Positions 19,832 through 30,360 of a stretch of 59,822 bases of DNA are shown here, one piece after another. The position numbers were made by a program, and so were the translations under genes. How positions within the stretch are numbered: the first letter of the stretch is position 1; every line of letters begins with the position of its first letter. The notes under the pieces are model-generated. The model did no database searches. It was not told the DNA's origin and saw only the letters and a program-made list of their open reading frames with translations. Source of the stretch: an uncultured Chitinophagaceae bacterium (GTDB lineage Bacteria; Bacteroidota; Ignavibacteria; UBA10030; UBA8401); assembly GCA_964367235.1 (NCBI GenBank), contig CAYIXI010000005.1, positions 507 through 60,328 of the forward strand, given 5' to 3'.

Positions 19832-21687
19832 AATTGAAATTGCATATCGTGAAGTTTGCGATATACACCTTTTTTATCTTTTAAAAGTTCGATGTGTTTT
19901 CCGATTTGAACAATATTTGATTTGTTCAAAACAATTATTCTGTCTGCATTTCGCACAGTTGAAAGACGATGTGCAATTACAAAAGATGTTCGGCGATGCA
20001 TTAATCTTTCAATTGCTTCTTGAACCAAATTTTCGCTTTCAGAGTCGAGCGCCGATGTTGCTTCATCAAAAATCATTATTGGTGGATTTTTTAAAATTGC
20101 ACGCGCGATTGAAAGTCTTTGTCGTTGACCACCGGAAAGTTTTGCTCCTCTATCTCCGATGATTGTTTCAAATTTATTTGGCATCTCATTTATGAATTGA
20201 GTTGCGTTAGCCGCGCTTGTTGCTTTTTTCAAATCTGCATCAGTTGTATTTGGTAATCCGTACGCAATATTATTTCTGACAGTATCGTTAAATAAAATTG
20301 TTTCCTGAGTTACAATTCCAATTAATTTTCGCAAACTTAAAACATCAATTTCAGTTAGTGAGATTCCATCAATCAAAATTCTTCCGCCAGTCGGATCGTA
20401 AAATCTCGGAATTAAATCTATCAAAGTTGTTTTACCACTTCCGCTTGGTCCAACAATTGCAATCACTTCTCCTTTTTTTATATTTAGATTTATTTTATTT
20501 AAAACTTCTACGACATCTGTGGCTTGACGAGCATCGTAGGCAAAATTTACATTTTCAAAAACAATATCTTTTTTAAATTTAGAAATGATAATTGGATTTT
20601 TTGCATTTCTAATCGCGGGACGCGTATCGAGAATTTCAAATACTCTTTTTGCCGCCGCAGTAAATTCATGCAATCGATTGCTGACGCTACTTAACTCTTT
20701 CACTGGGGGCATCAACTGAAATATTATAATTAAAAATCCAAGAAACTCAGCGGCTTTCATTTCACCAGTAATTAAAACTTGGCTTCCACCATACCAAATA
20801 ATTATTGTCGCGGCAAAAATCGAAAGTAGTTCAGTTGTTGGAGAAGAAATATTTCTGATTCGTGTCATCTTCAAAATTGTTTTGAAGTATTTAAATGTTT
20901 CGCGTTGGAATTTTTTATTTTCAAATTCCTCCATCGCAAATGCTTTCACAACTTTTACATTCGAAATTGTTTCTTGTAAAACCGATGTAATATCAGCCAT
21001 TTTCTCTTGCATTATTCCACTTTGCTTGTGCAAACGCAATCCAATTGTGCTGATGACAATTAAAAAAAGTGGGAAAACAATTAGCGATAGTAATGTCAAT
21101 TTCCAACTGAGTGTAAATGCAAGCAGGAAAAAAATTAAAATTAAAAGTGGCTCTTTAATTAAAGTAACAAATGTTGCCGAGATTCCTGAGTTGACAATAT
21201 TGACATCGTTTGTTATTCGTGAAATTAAATTTCCGACTCGTTCGTTTGTAAAATATCCGAGAGAAAGATTGTGCAAATGAGCGTAAAGTTTATTTCGAAT
21301 ATCCATCATCATTCGTTGCTCGACATAAGCCATTAAATAAGATTGGATATAATCGAAAACATTTTTAAATAAATAAAATAATGCGAGGATGATACAAATT
21401 CCAAGTAATGCCTCTTGGTTTGTTCCGCTAAAAATTTTATCGTGCAACCATTTTTCAATTTCATGTTTGACTGCAATTATTTCATTTGGTACTGCTTTGT
21501 ATTTTGGTGGAGTAGTCGCAACATATTCTGGTTTTGAGTGTTCGTTAAATAATGCTTCAAAAAGTGGAATTGATAAATACATCGATGCGCCACTAAAAAT
21601 TGAAAACATAATTGTTGCCGCAATTGAAAGTGCTAATTGTTTCCAATATGGTTTTATGAAGCCAGTAATTCTAAAAAATGTTTTCAT
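19828..21687 (-). CDS. MsbA-like ABC transporter (permease plus ATPase)
   Basis: TM domain, GPSGSGKT, LSGGQRQR, DEATSALD, IAHRLST; LPS gene context. Confidence 0.92.
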   Translation of the reverse strand: MKTFFRITGFIKPYWKQLALSIAATIMFSIFSGASMYLSIPLFEALFNEHSKPEYVATTPPKYKAVPNEIIAVKHEIEKWLHDKIFSGTNQEALLGICIILALFYLFKNVFDYIQSYLMAYVEQRMMMDIRNKLYAHLHNLSLGYFTNERVGNLISRITNDVNIVNSGISATFVTLIKEPLLILIFFLLAFTLSWKLTLLSLIVFPLFLIVISTIGLRLHKQSGIMQEKMADITSVLQETISNVKVVKAFAMEEFENKKFQRETFKYFKTILKMTRIRNISSPTTELLSIFAATIIIWYGGSQVLITGEMKAAEFLGFLIIIFQLMPPVKELSSVSNRLHEFTAAAKRVFEILDTRPAIRNAKNPIIISKFKKDIVFENVNFAYDARQATDVVEVLNKINLNIKKGEVIAIVGPSGSGKTTLIDLIPRFYDPTGGRILIDGISLTEIDVLSLRKLIGIVTQETILFNDTVRNNIAYGLPNTTDADLKKATSAANATQFINEMPNKFETIIGDRGAKLSGGQRQRLSIARAILKNPPIMIFDEATSALDSESENLVQEAIERLMHRRTSFVIAHRLSTVRNADRIIVLNKSNIVQIGKHIELLKDKKGVYRKLHDMQFQL

Positions 21688-22511
21688 TAAAAATGTAATT
21701 CTTTCATTGTAGATAGTTCAGTGTGTTTTGTCGGAGGCAATTTATCTTTTTTTAGAATTGCATTTTGCAATTCCCATGTTTTTGCATAAGTCAGTAAAGT
21801 GTACAAACATGAATATGAAGATAAAATAAATCCTCTCATCCCATCTCTCCATCCACCTTTGACAAAATATAATCGCAGAAAAGTTGAAAGTGGATTTAAA
21901 ATAAAATTAAACCAATATATTTTTTTCCCGTACATACTTTGTAATTTATTTCCAACATCAAGCGAAGTATAATAATTTTGTTTTGATAAATACTGTTCCA
22001 AAGTTAAATATGAGTAATGAAAAATATATCCTTTGAGTCGAGATATTTTTCCATTCACAATAAATCCTTCGTGCACTGGTCTATCAATAACATTTGTTTC
22101 ACTTTTTTTAAACAAACGAATTTGAAAATCGGGAAACCAACCAGAGCGTTTAATCCATTTTCCTAAGAAGAAATTTTTTCGACAAATTTCAAATCCATCG
22201 AATTCATTTTTTTCAATCGCATTTAAAATTTCATCTTTCAATTCAATCGAAACTTCCTCATCGGCATCAAGCGAAATAACCCATTTATTAGTTGCTTTTT
22301 TTATTGCATAAGCTTTTTGCGAACTAAATCCATTCCACTTTTTTAAAAAAACTTTCGCTCCAAGTTTTTTTGCCTTCTTCGCAGTGTCGTCCGTACTGTA
22401 CGAATCGATAACAATTTTTTCATCAGCCCAAGCGACAGAAATTAAACATCGCTCAATATTTTTCGATTCGTTGTTTGTAATTATTACGACAGAGATTTTT
22501 TCTTTTTTCAT
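21687..22511 (-). CDS. GT2 glycosyltransferase (WaaE/LgtF-like), paralog of 17386-18141
   Basis: IDSYSTD, LDADE, GWFPD, VHE. Confidence 0.9.
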   Translation of the reverse strand: MKKEKISVVIITNNESKNIERCLISVAWADEKIVIDSYSTDDTAKKAKKLGAKVFLKKWNGFSSQKAYAIKKATNKWVISLDADEEVSIELKDEILNAIEKNEFDGFEICRKNFFLGKWIKRSGWFPDFQIRLFKKSETNVIDRPVHEGFIVNGKISRLKGYIFHYSYLTLEQYLSKQNYYTSLDVGNKLQSMYGKKIYWFNFILNPLSTFLRLYFVKGGWRDGMRGFILSSYSCLYTLLTYAKTWELQNAILKKDKLPPTKHTELSTMKELHF

Positions 22512-24973
22512 TTGACTACGAAATTTACAAGTTTATTTTTAACAATTATTTCTTTTGCGATACTTTTTCCGTCAATATGTTTTTTTACATTTTCATCTTT
22601 TAGAGCAATCGTTCGTAATTCCGATTCGCTTGTTTCAGTTGCGACAATAAATTTGCCACGAATTTTTCCATTGACTTGCACAACTATTACAACTTCCGAT
22701 TCAACGATTGCATCTTTATCAAACTCTCTCCAAATCCCGATTGTAAAAACAGATTCTTTGTTGCCTAAAATTTCCCAAAGTTCTTCCGATAAATGCGGAG
22801 CAAGTGGAGCGAGCATTAAAATAAAATTTTCAATTGCAAAATGTAAATTTTCAGATGAAACTTCATCGGAAAGATCAGAAAGTAAATTTAAAAGTTCCAT
22901 TAGCGAAGAGATTGCTGTATTGAATTTCAACTCTTCAATATCGTTTGTAACTTTTTTTAATGTCTGATTTGTTTTTTGATAAAGTTTTTTCTCTGCTGGA
23001 GTAAATAAATTTAAATCAATATTTTTTCTTTGTGCAGATTTTAATTTAACTTCATTTTTTAAAATAAAATCATAAACACGATTTAAGAATCTATGAATTC
23101 CTAAAATTCCTTTATCGTTCCAATCTCCTCCATCTTCATACGGTCCCATAAACATCAAAAACATTCTAAAAGTATCAGCGCCAAATTCGTTTGTATAATC
23201 ATCGGGGCTAACAACATTGCCTTTTGATTTCGACATTTTCGCCCCTTGATTTGTAATCGTACCTTGATGTCGCAAATTTAAAAATGGCTCACCAAAATTT
23301 AAATATCCTGCATCGCGCAAAACTTTTGTAAAAAATCTGGAATATAATAGATGCAAAACCGTATGCTCGGCTCCGCCAATATATTTATCAACAGGCAACC
23401 ATTTATTTATTAAAGTTGCATCAAAAACATTTAAATTATTTTTCGGATCGGGAAATCGTAAAAAATACCAAGACGAGCAAACAAAAGTATCCATCGTGTC
23501 AGCATCGCGTTCGGCATTTTGGTCGCCACATTTTGGGCAAACTGCTTTCATAAAACTTTCGCATCTTGCAAGAGGCGATTCACCCGTTGGCTTAAAATCA
23601 ACATCGTAAGGAAGTTTTAGAGGCAAATCTTTTTCTTCAAGCGGGACTTCGCCGCATTTTGGGCAATAAACAATAGGGATTGGCGCGCCCCAATATCTTT
23701 GACGAGAAATCAGCCAATCGCGCAAACGATAATTTATTTTTCTTTTGCCAAGATTTTTTTCTTCAAGTTTTTTACAAATTTTATCAAAAACAATTTGCGA
23801 ATTCATTCCATCAAATTCGGCAGAGTTGACCATTGTTCCATCGCCGATGAATGCCACATCGCGAACTTGCTCAGTCGTTTCTCCATTTTCCAAAATTACT
23901 TTTCTGATTGGTAAATTATATTTTATCGCAAATTCAAAATCTCTTTCGTCGTGCGCAGGGACTGCCATTACTGCACCAGTTCCATAAGTACTTAAAACAT
24001 AATCTGCAATCCAAATCGGAATTAATTCTCCATTGATTGGATTGATTGCGAACGAGCCAGATGGCGTTCCGGTTTTTTCTCTTTTTAAAGATGTTCGTTC
24101 GATGTCGGTTGCAAGAGTTGTTTGAGTAATGTATTTTTTTATTTCATCTTGATTTTCTTTTTTTGAAATTATATTTACAAGCGGATGCTCGGGCGCAAGC
24201 ACAATATAAGTTGCGCCATAAAGTGTATCGGGACGAGTAGTGAAAACTTTTATTTTTTCATCAAAATTTTTTATCTCAAAATTAATTTCGATTCCTTCAC
24301 TTCTTCCAATCCAATTTTTTTGCATCGTAATTGTTTTACTTGGCCAATCAAGTTTGTCGAGTGAGTCAATTAATTCCTGCGCATAATTTGTAATTTTAAA
24401 AAACCATTGCGTCATATCTCGTTTTGTAACAACTGTTCCGCATCTTTCACATTCTCCATCAACAACTTGTTCGTTTGCAAGTACAGTGTTACAATCTGGG
24501 CACCAATTTACCGGAGCATTAGCTCGATACGCGAGTCCTCTTTTATAGAGTAGAAGAAAAATCCATTGCGTCCATTTATAATAACTCTCATCGGAGGAAT
24601 TAAGTTCGAAATCAAAATCGTACATTGCACCAATTTTTTTAAGTTGCTCACGAATAAGAGAAATATTTTTAAAAGTACTATCGTGTGGATGAACTCCAGT
24701 TTTGATTGCGTAATTTTCCGCAGGCAAACCAAAAGCATCATATCCAATCGGTTCAAAAATATTGTAGCCTTGCATTCTTTTAAATCGAGTCCAAGAATCG
24801 GCTGGCGCAAAATTATACCAATGCCCAATGTGCAATTTATCTCCCGACGGATAAGGCCACATCACAAGAGAATAAAGTTTTTTTTCGGTATCGTTGAGAT
24901 TAGTTTTAAAAATTCCTTTGGATTGCCAATTAGATTGCCACTTTTTATCAATTTGGATAAATTCGAGTTTCAT
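22508..24973 (-). CDS. leuS: Leucine--tRNA ligase
   Basis: PYPSG..LHIGH, FTTRPDT, KMSKS, VQVNGK. Confidence 0.98.
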   Translation of the reverse strand: MKLEFIQIDKKWQSNWQSKGIFKTNLNDTEKKLYSLVMWPYPSGDKLHIGHWYNFAPADSWTRFKRMQGYNIFEPIGYDAFGLPAENYAIKTGVHPHDSTFKNISLIREQLKKIGAMYDFDFELNSSDESYYKWTQWIFLLLYKRGLAYRANAPVNWCPDCNTVLANEQVVDGECERCGTVVTKRDMTQWFFKITNYAQELIDSLDKLDWPSKTITMQKNWIGRSEGIEINFEIKNFDEKIKVFTTRPDTLYGATYIVLAPEHPLVNIISKKENQDEIKKYITQTTLATDIERTSLKREKTGTPSGSFAINPINGELIPIWIADYVLSTYGTGAVMAVPAHDERDFEFAIKYNLPIRKVILENGETTEQVRDVAFIGDGTMVNSAEFDGMNSQIVFDKICKKLEEKNLGKRKINYRLRDWLISRQRYWGAPIPIVYCPKCGEVPLEEKDLPLKLPYDVDFKPTGESPLARCESFMKAVCPKCGDQNAERDADTMDTFVCSSWYFLRFPDPKNNLNVFDATLINKWLPVDKYIGGAEHTVLHLLYSRFFTKVLRDAGYLNFGEPFLNLRHQGTITNQGAKMSKSKGNVVSPDDYTNEFGADTFRMFLMFMGPYEDGGDWNDKGILGIHRFLNRVYDFILKNEVKLKSAQRKNIDLNLFTPAEKKLYQKTNQTLKKVTNDIEELKFNTAISSLMELLNLLSDLSDEVSSENLHFAIENFILMLAPLAPHLSEELWEILGNKESVFTIGIWREFDKDAIVESEVVIVVQVNGKIRGKFIVATETSESELRTIALKDENVKKHIDGKSIAKEIIVKNKLVNFVVK

Positions 24974-24986
24974 TAATTTTTCTATT

Positions 24987-25889
24987 TTATTTTTGTTCAG
25001 TTTGATTGAAATAAATCTTCGCAGTTACTTTTGACCCAATTCTAAATTTTTCTCTAATCTCGTCGATCGAATATCCATTAGAAACCATAGTTGCAATAGC
25101 TGTGTGCCGAAGTGAAAAAGGAGAAATTTTTCTTTCTCCAGTTCGCAAACCTGCATTTTTTAAATAAGTTGTAACTCGCTCACGAACCCCTCTTGTTGAC
25201 ATTCTTTTTCCGCGAGTACGATTACCTGCACTTTGAAATAATGGTTCGTTATTATTTGCTCCAATTCGAAAAGCAAAATATCCTTTTATAATATTTAAAA
25301 GTTCGTTTGATAAAATTACAAATTTATTTTTTTCTTTTGCATTTTTTCCCTGAACAAAAAGAATTGTAGAATTTTTTTGTTTTTTTATGTCGCCAATATT
25401 TGCTCTTATGATTTCAATTTCAGATAAACCAACTGATGACATTAATTTGAGAATTGCAAAATCTCTAAATCCTCGTTCATCAATTCTTTTAACTGACTTG
25501 AGAAGATCTCTTACTTCAATTGTGGTTAATTTTTCGCGAGTGTGTTCGAGCTTACGGTAATTTCCTTTTACTTTTAATGCAGGATTATATTTTAAAATTT
25601 TACGACTAACTAAATAATTTAGAAATTGACGAAGCGAAGTTAAATATGTTGAAATCGAAACGGGAGATAATTTTTTAGTTTTAGTTAAATAATTTTTGTA
25701 ACTGATTATATCTTTTAATTCAATATCGATTCGAGTTTTATTTTTGCACCATCGTAAATATTCTCGCAACGCACGATCGTAAGTTCCTTTTGTATCGGCA
25801 GATTTGCTACTTAACTTCAGTATAAAATCGTGATAAAGCAATTCAACTTTCGCGAAAGTTAATGATCTATTTTGCACACTATTTTTCAT
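24987..25889 (-). CDS. Tyrosine recombinase/integrase homolog with degenerate active site
   Basis: Xer-like N-domain (NPA), RDFAIL, GK, LRH, terminal IY; box I reads GLSEIE, HxLR reads FSLR, LGH reads FRI. Confidence 0.8.
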   Translation of the reverse strand: MKNSVQNRSLTFAKVELLYHDFILKLSSKSADTKGTYDRALREYLRWCKNKTRIDIELKDIISYKNYLTKTKKLSPVSISTYLTSLRQFLNYLVSRKILKYNPALKVKGNYRKLEHTREKLTTIEVRDLLKSVKRIDERGFRDFAILKLMSSVGLSEIEIIRANIGDIKKQKNSTILFVQGKNAKEKNKFVILSNELLNIIKGYFAFRIGANNNEPLFQSAGNRTRGKRMSTRGVRERVTTYLKNAGLRTGERKISPFSLRHTAIATMVSNGYSIDEIREKFRIGSKVTAKIYFNQTEQK

Positions 25890-25989
25890 TTTTATCAGGT
25901 TCAATAACAGAAATTAGTAAAATCTGATCGTATAATCAATTTTAGTTTATAAATTTTTCGTTAATCTTGTTTCAAAAAATATAATTTCA

Positions 25990-25997
25990 TATCTTTG
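25990..25997 (+). promoter_or_regulatory. -7 promoter box upstream of rpmB
   Basis: TATCTTTG matches TAnnTTTG; TTG near 25967-25969. Confidence 0.6.
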
Positions 25998-26029
25998 CAA
26001 ATAAATTAATAAGAATAGGAAAAATAATA

Positions 26030-26221
26030 ATGGCAAAAGTTTGTGAAATTTGCGGTAAAAAACCGATTGCTGGTCACCATGTGAGCCATGCAAATAATCG
26101 CGTTCCTCGAAGATGGCTTCCTAATTTACAAGAAGTTCGAGCAGTTGTTGAAGGACATAATAAACGAATTAGAGTTTGTGTTGCCTGCATCAAATCGGGC
26201 AAAGTTGTAAAACCCGCTTAA
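26030..26221 (+). CDS. rpmB: 50S ribosomal protein L28 (Zn-ribbon type)
   Basis: [24 protein letters not shown]. Confidence 0.97.
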   Translation: MAKVCEICGKKPIAGHHVSHANNRVPRRWLPNLQEVRAVVEGHNKRIRVCVACIKSGKVVKPA

Positions 26222-26225
26222 TTTT

Positions 26226-26250
26226 AAAGGTCATCGTTGATGACCTTTTT
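26226..26250 (+). terminator. Rho-independent terminator after rpmB
   Basis: AAAGGTCATC-gtt-GATGACCTTT followed by T run. Confidence 0.8.
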
Positions 26251-26255
26251 AGTTT

Positions 26256-26858
26256 ATGCAAATAATTACTCCACCAAACAGCGTTACTTTTCTTCGCATT
26301 TTATTAACTCCCCTTTTTGCTTTTTTATTTTTAGAAAATGATTTCGATTCTTCTTTTTATGCATTGTTGACTTTTATTTTTGCAGGCATTACCGATTGGT
26401 ACGATGGATGGTTAGCGCGAAAATGGAAATACGATTCACGATTTGGGAATTTTTTCGATCCTCTTGCTGATAAAATATTAATTTCAACTGCGTTTTTACT
26501 TTTTTCGTTTAAAGGATATATGCCTTTTTGGATGACCGCGTTAATAATTTTCCGTGATTTATTAATTACATTTTTGAGAATGATTTCCGAATATCAATCC
26601 AAGCCATTTAACACTTCTTTTTTTGCGAAAACTAAAACGGCATTGCAGATGTTTTCTATTTATTATGTTTTGTGTTATCATATTATTTCAAATTCTCCCA
26701 ACTTAAATAAATATTTTACCAATTATATGAATCCATTTTCTCCAATAATTTTACAATCGATACTTTTTGTAGTTACAATAATTACGGCTTGGACGGGATT
26801 TGTTTATCTTTCGAACAATCGCAATTTGATTAAATCGATATTCAAAAATGAAAAGTGA
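26256..26858 (+). CDS. pgsA: CDP-diacylglycerol--glycerol-3-phosphate 3-phosphatidyltransferase
   Basis: PNSVTFLRI, TDWYDGWLARK...FGNFFDPLADK. Confidence 0.92.
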   Translation: MQIITPPNSVTFLRILLTPLFAFLFLENDFDSSFYALLTFIFAGITDWYDGWLARKWKYDSRFGNFFDPLADKILISTAFLLFSFKGYMPFWMTALIIFRDLLITFLRMISEYQSKPFNTSFFAKTKTALQMFSIYYVLCYHIISNSPNLNKYFTNYMNPFSPIILQSILFVVTIITAWTGFVYLSNNRNLIKSIFKNEK

Positions 26859-27321
26859 TAAAAATATTTCTTTCATTGAAAAATTATTTGCTACAGGTTT
26901 TTTTACTGGTTACTTCCCAATCGCACCAGGGACTTTTGCTTCGTTATTAGCAACAATTATATTTTATTTTTTCTTTTCTAATAACCTGATTCTTTCTTTA
27001 GTCGTAATTTTATTTTTTTTACTAATCGGAATTTGGCTGGCAAATAAATTTGATAATTTTTATGGCGATGATCCTTCAATCGTTACAATTGATGAATTTG
27101 TTGGAATGTGGATTTCACTATTACTCCTTCCAATCAATTTTAAAATTTATTTTTTAGCATTTATAATTTTTAGGATTTTTGATATAGTTAAACTTTGGCC
27201 TGCATCATATTTCGACCGAAAGCGAAGTGGAAAAGCAATTATGTTTGACGACATCGTTGCTGGAATTTTTACAAACATCTCAATTCGATTTTTAATTTAT
27301 ATTTTTCCAACTTTAAAATGA
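26848..27321 (+). CDS. pgpA: Phosphatidylglycerophosphatase A
   Basis: APGTFAS, DPSIVTIDEFVG, FRIFDIVK, DDIVAG. Confidence 0.92.
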   Translation: MKSDKNISFIEKLFATGFFTGYFPIAPGTFASLLATIIFYFFFSNNLILSLVVILFFLLIGIWLANKFDNFYGDDPSIVTIDEFVGMWISLLLLPINFKIYFLAFIIFRIFDIVKLWPASYFDRKRSGKAIMFDDIVAGIFTNISIRFLIYIFPTLK

Positions 27322-28574
27322 ATGCCGTTATAATTACTATTGGCGACGAACTTTTAATCGGGCAAGTTGTTAATACAAATCAGGCTTATATTTCGCAGGA
27401 ATTAAACGGTGTCGGAATTTTTGTTGATGAGCAAATTACAATTGGAGATGATTTTGATAAAATTATTTCAACTCTCAAAAACGCAACAGAAAAATTTGAT
27501 GTAATAATTTTAGCTGGTGGACTTGGACCGACTCACGATGATATTACTCGTAATGCACTTTGCAAATTTTTTAATTGTAATTTAAAATTAGATGAACAGG
27601 TTTTAGAAAATATTAAACTACTATTAACACAAAAGAATTTAGAATTAACCGATGTACGCCAAAACCAAGCAATGATTCCTTCAAAATCAATTTCACTTGA
27701 AAATAAACTTGGCACTGCACCAGGAATGCTTTTCGAATTTCAGCAAAACAAATTCCTTATTTCGCTTCCCGGTGTTCCGTACGAAATGAAATATATTTTT
27801 AAAAATAGCGTCGCCCCTTTTTTAAAAAGTAAATTTACTGGAAATGTTATTTTACACAAAACTTTAAAAACTTCGGGAATTTCTGAATCCAATTTGTCTC
27901 AAAAAATTGGCGATGTTAAAAATATTTTACGGGATTTTGAAAACACTTCGTTGGCTTTTCTTCCAAATCCGATGGGAACTAAATTAAGGATTACTGTAAA
28001 AAATTCCTCCAGCGAAAAAGCCAATCAGATTTTAAATCAAATGGAAATAATTATTCGAAGCAAAGTTGAAAAATATATTTATAGTTCAAGCGAAGATGAA
28101 CTTGAAAATGTAATTCTCGATTTAATGACTCAAAATAATTTTACACTTTCTGTTGCAGAATCCTGCACTGGTGGATTAATTGCAAATCGACTTACAAATA
28201 TTTCAAATAGTTCAAAATATTTTCTTCAAGGTATAGTTGCTTATTCAAACCAGTCAAAAATAAATTTGCTTCAAATCGATAAAAGTATTTTAGAAGAATT
28301 TGGCGCAGTCAGCCAAGAAGTTGCCGAAGCAATGGCGATTCAATCAAAAAATATTTCCGGTTCAACTCATTCCCTTTCAGTTACTGGAATCGCCGGACCA
28401 ACTGGCGCAACTATCGATAAGCCAATTGGTTTAGTTTGGATTGGCTACTCCGATAAAAACGAAACAATTGCGTATCAATTCAATTTTCCTTCCGAAAGAA
28501 TCATTTTTAAAGAGGTAGTATCGCAACAAGCATTGGAAATTCTTCGTCGCAAAATTTTAAAAATTCCTTTTTAA
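27318..28574 (+). CDS. cinA: Competence/damage-inducible protein CinA (MocF plus PncC domains)
   Basis: IGDELL, GGLGPTHDD, AESCTGG, TGIAGP. Confidence 0.95.
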   Translation: MNAVIITIGDELLIGQVVNTNQAYISQELNGVGIFVDEQITIGDDFDKIISTLKNATEKFDVIILAGGLGPTHDDITRNALCKFFNCNLKLDEQVLENIKLLLTQKNLELTDVRQNQAMIPSKSISLENKLGTAPGMLFEFQQNKFLISLPGVPYEMKYIFKNSVAPFLKSKFTGNVILHKTLKTSGISESNLSQKIGDVKNILRDFENTSLAFLPNPMGTKLRITVKNSSSEKANQILNQMEIIIRSKVEKYIYSSSEDELENVILDLMTQNNFTLSVAESCTGGLIANRLTNISNSSKYFLQGIVAYSNQSKINLLQIDKSILEEFGAVSQEVAEAMAIQSKNISGSTHSLSVTGIAGPTGATIDKPIGLVWIGYSDKNETIAYQFNFPSERIIFKEVVSQQALEILRRKILKIPF

Positions 28575-28659
28575 TTCAATATAGATTTACTTGAAATAGA
28601 ACTTCATTTGTCTTACTTTTCTCATTATTAAATAACCCAAATCATTCAAGGAAAAAATT

Positions 28660-29721
28660 ATGTCAACAGAAAAAGAATCAAAACTACAAGCACTAAAAAT
28701 CGCCATCGAGCAAATTGAAAAGCAACATGGCAAAGGTTCGATTATGAAATTAAATTCCGGACCAATTGCAAAAATAGATTTCATCTCAACCGGTTCAATT
28801 ACACTTGATGCCGCTTTGGGGATTGGTGGAATTCCTCGCGGAAGAGTTGTAGAAATTTATGGACCAGAGTCATCGGGAAAAACTACAATTTGTTTGCACA
28901 TAATTGCTGAGGCGCAAAAACTTGGTGGCATCGCGGCATTCATCGATGCTGAACATGCTTTGGATATTCAATACGCAAAAAAACTTGGCGTTGATGTTTC
29001 GAATCTTTTACTTTCGCAACCGGAGTTTGGTGAACAAGCTTTGGAAATTGTTGAGACACTCGTTCGCAGTGGCGCTATTGATATTATAGTAATCGATTCG
29101 GTTGCCGCATTAACTCCTCGCGCTGAAATCGAAGGCGAGATGGGTGACCCGACGATGGGCGTGCATGCACGATTGATGTCGCAAGCTTTAAGAAAATTAA
29201 CTTCCGCAATTGCAAAATCTAAAACTTCAGTTATGTTCACAAATCAATTACGACAAAAAATTGGTGTGATGTTTGGAAATCCAGAAACTACAACTGGCGG
29301 AAATGCTTTAAAATTTTATGCATCAGTCAGAATGGATGTGCGAAGAATTGAAACTTTAAAAGATGGACAAACTGCAATTGGAAATAAAACAAGAGTTAAA
29401 GTTGTAAAAAATAAAGTTGCTCCACCTTTTAAAGAAGCAATTTTTGATATTTTATATAACGAAGGAATTTCACGACTTGGCGAATTGGTTGATTTGGGAG
29501 TGGAACATAATATAATTGCAAAAAGTGGTTCGTGGTTCAGTTACAAAGATGATAAAATCGGACAAGGTCGCGATAGTGTAAAAAATTTACTCTCTACAAA
29601 TCAAAAATTGTATGATGAGATTTTAATCGAAGTAAAGAAAAAAATCGGATTAATCCCCGAAGATGTCGCTCCTGTAAAACCAGTTGCAAAAGTAGAAGCG
29701 CCAACAAAAAAAGGAAAATAA
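28660..29721 (+). CDS. recA: Recombinase RecA
   Basis: [31 protein letters not shown]. Confidence 0.99.
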   Translation: MSTEKESKLQALKIAIEQIEKQHGKGSIMKLNSGPIAKIDFISTGSITLDAALGIGGIPRGRVVEIYGPESSGKTTICLHIIAEAQKLGGIAAFIDAEHALDIQYAKKLGVDVSNLLLSQPEFGEQALEIVETLVRSGAIDIIVIDSVAALTPRAEIEGEMGDPTMGVHARLMSQALRKLTSAIAKSKTSVMFTNQLRQKIGVMFGNPETTTGGNALKFYASVRMDVRRIETLKDGQTAIGNKTRVKVVKNKVAPPFKEAIFDILYNEGISRLGELVDLGVEHNIIAKSGSWFSYKDDKIGQGRDSVKNLLSTNQKLYDEILIEVKKKIGLIPEDVAPVKPVAKVEAPTKKGK

Positions 29722-29724
29722 TTT

Positions 29725-30360
29725 TTGCGAATTACTTCAATTGAAAATCAAAAGCGAAACCAATCGCGTCGTTCAGTTTTTATTGATGGCAAATACGCAT
29801 TGTCGCTTTCGGCCAATTTAGTTGATGTTTTAAAGTTAAATGCAAATGATTCGATTTCGAAAAATAATTTTGAGAAAATTTCAGTTGCCAGCGAATTAGA
29901 AAAAGCATTTTCACGAGCTTTGAAATTTCGGTCAATCCGACACAGAACTGCAACTGAAATAAAAAATTATTTGCTGAAAAAAAAATATTCCGATTTAACA
30001 ATTGAAAAAACTATTGTGAAATTACAAAAATTAAATTTTATTGACGACAAAGAATATGCAAGAATGTTTTGCGCTGATAGACTTCACTTAAAACCAATTA
30101 GCCAAAAAGCGCTCGTTTTGTTATTGCAAAAAAAAGGAGTCAACCGATTAATTGCCGAAGATGCGGCGCAGAGTGCTTATATAAATGTTGATGAAGATAA
30201 AATAATTTATGAACTTGCATCAAAAAAATTTAATCAAATGACTTCATCTTTAAAATCTATCAATCCCGAAAAACAAAAAAAGAGATTGATAAATTATTTA
30301 TTAAGTCGTGGATTTTCAACAGAAAAAATTTTTCAGACAATTAAAAATTTTTATAAATGA
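29725..30360 (+). CDS. recX: RecX regulator
   Basis: ITSIENQKRN..R, IDDKEYA, YLLSRGF; TTG start right after recA. Confidence 0.88.
   Translation: MRITSIENQKRNQSRRSVFIDGKYALSLSANLVDVLKLNANDSISKNNFEKISVASELEKAFSRALKFRSIRHRTATEIKNYLLKKKYSDLTIEKTIVKLQKLNFIDDKEYARMFCADRLHLKPISQKALVLLLQKKGVNRLIAEDAAQSAYINVDEDKIIYELASKKFNQMTSSLKSINPEKQKKRLINYLLSRGFSTEKIFQTIKNFYK

Noticed and set aside
24987-25889. Prophage or genomic island marked by the integrase homolog
   Set aside because: Flanked by leuS and rpmB; no att repeats, phage genes or adjacent tRNA
28575-28659. LexA/SOS box upstream of recA
   Set aside because: No convincing CTGT-N8-ACAG or GAAC-N4-GTTC palindrome
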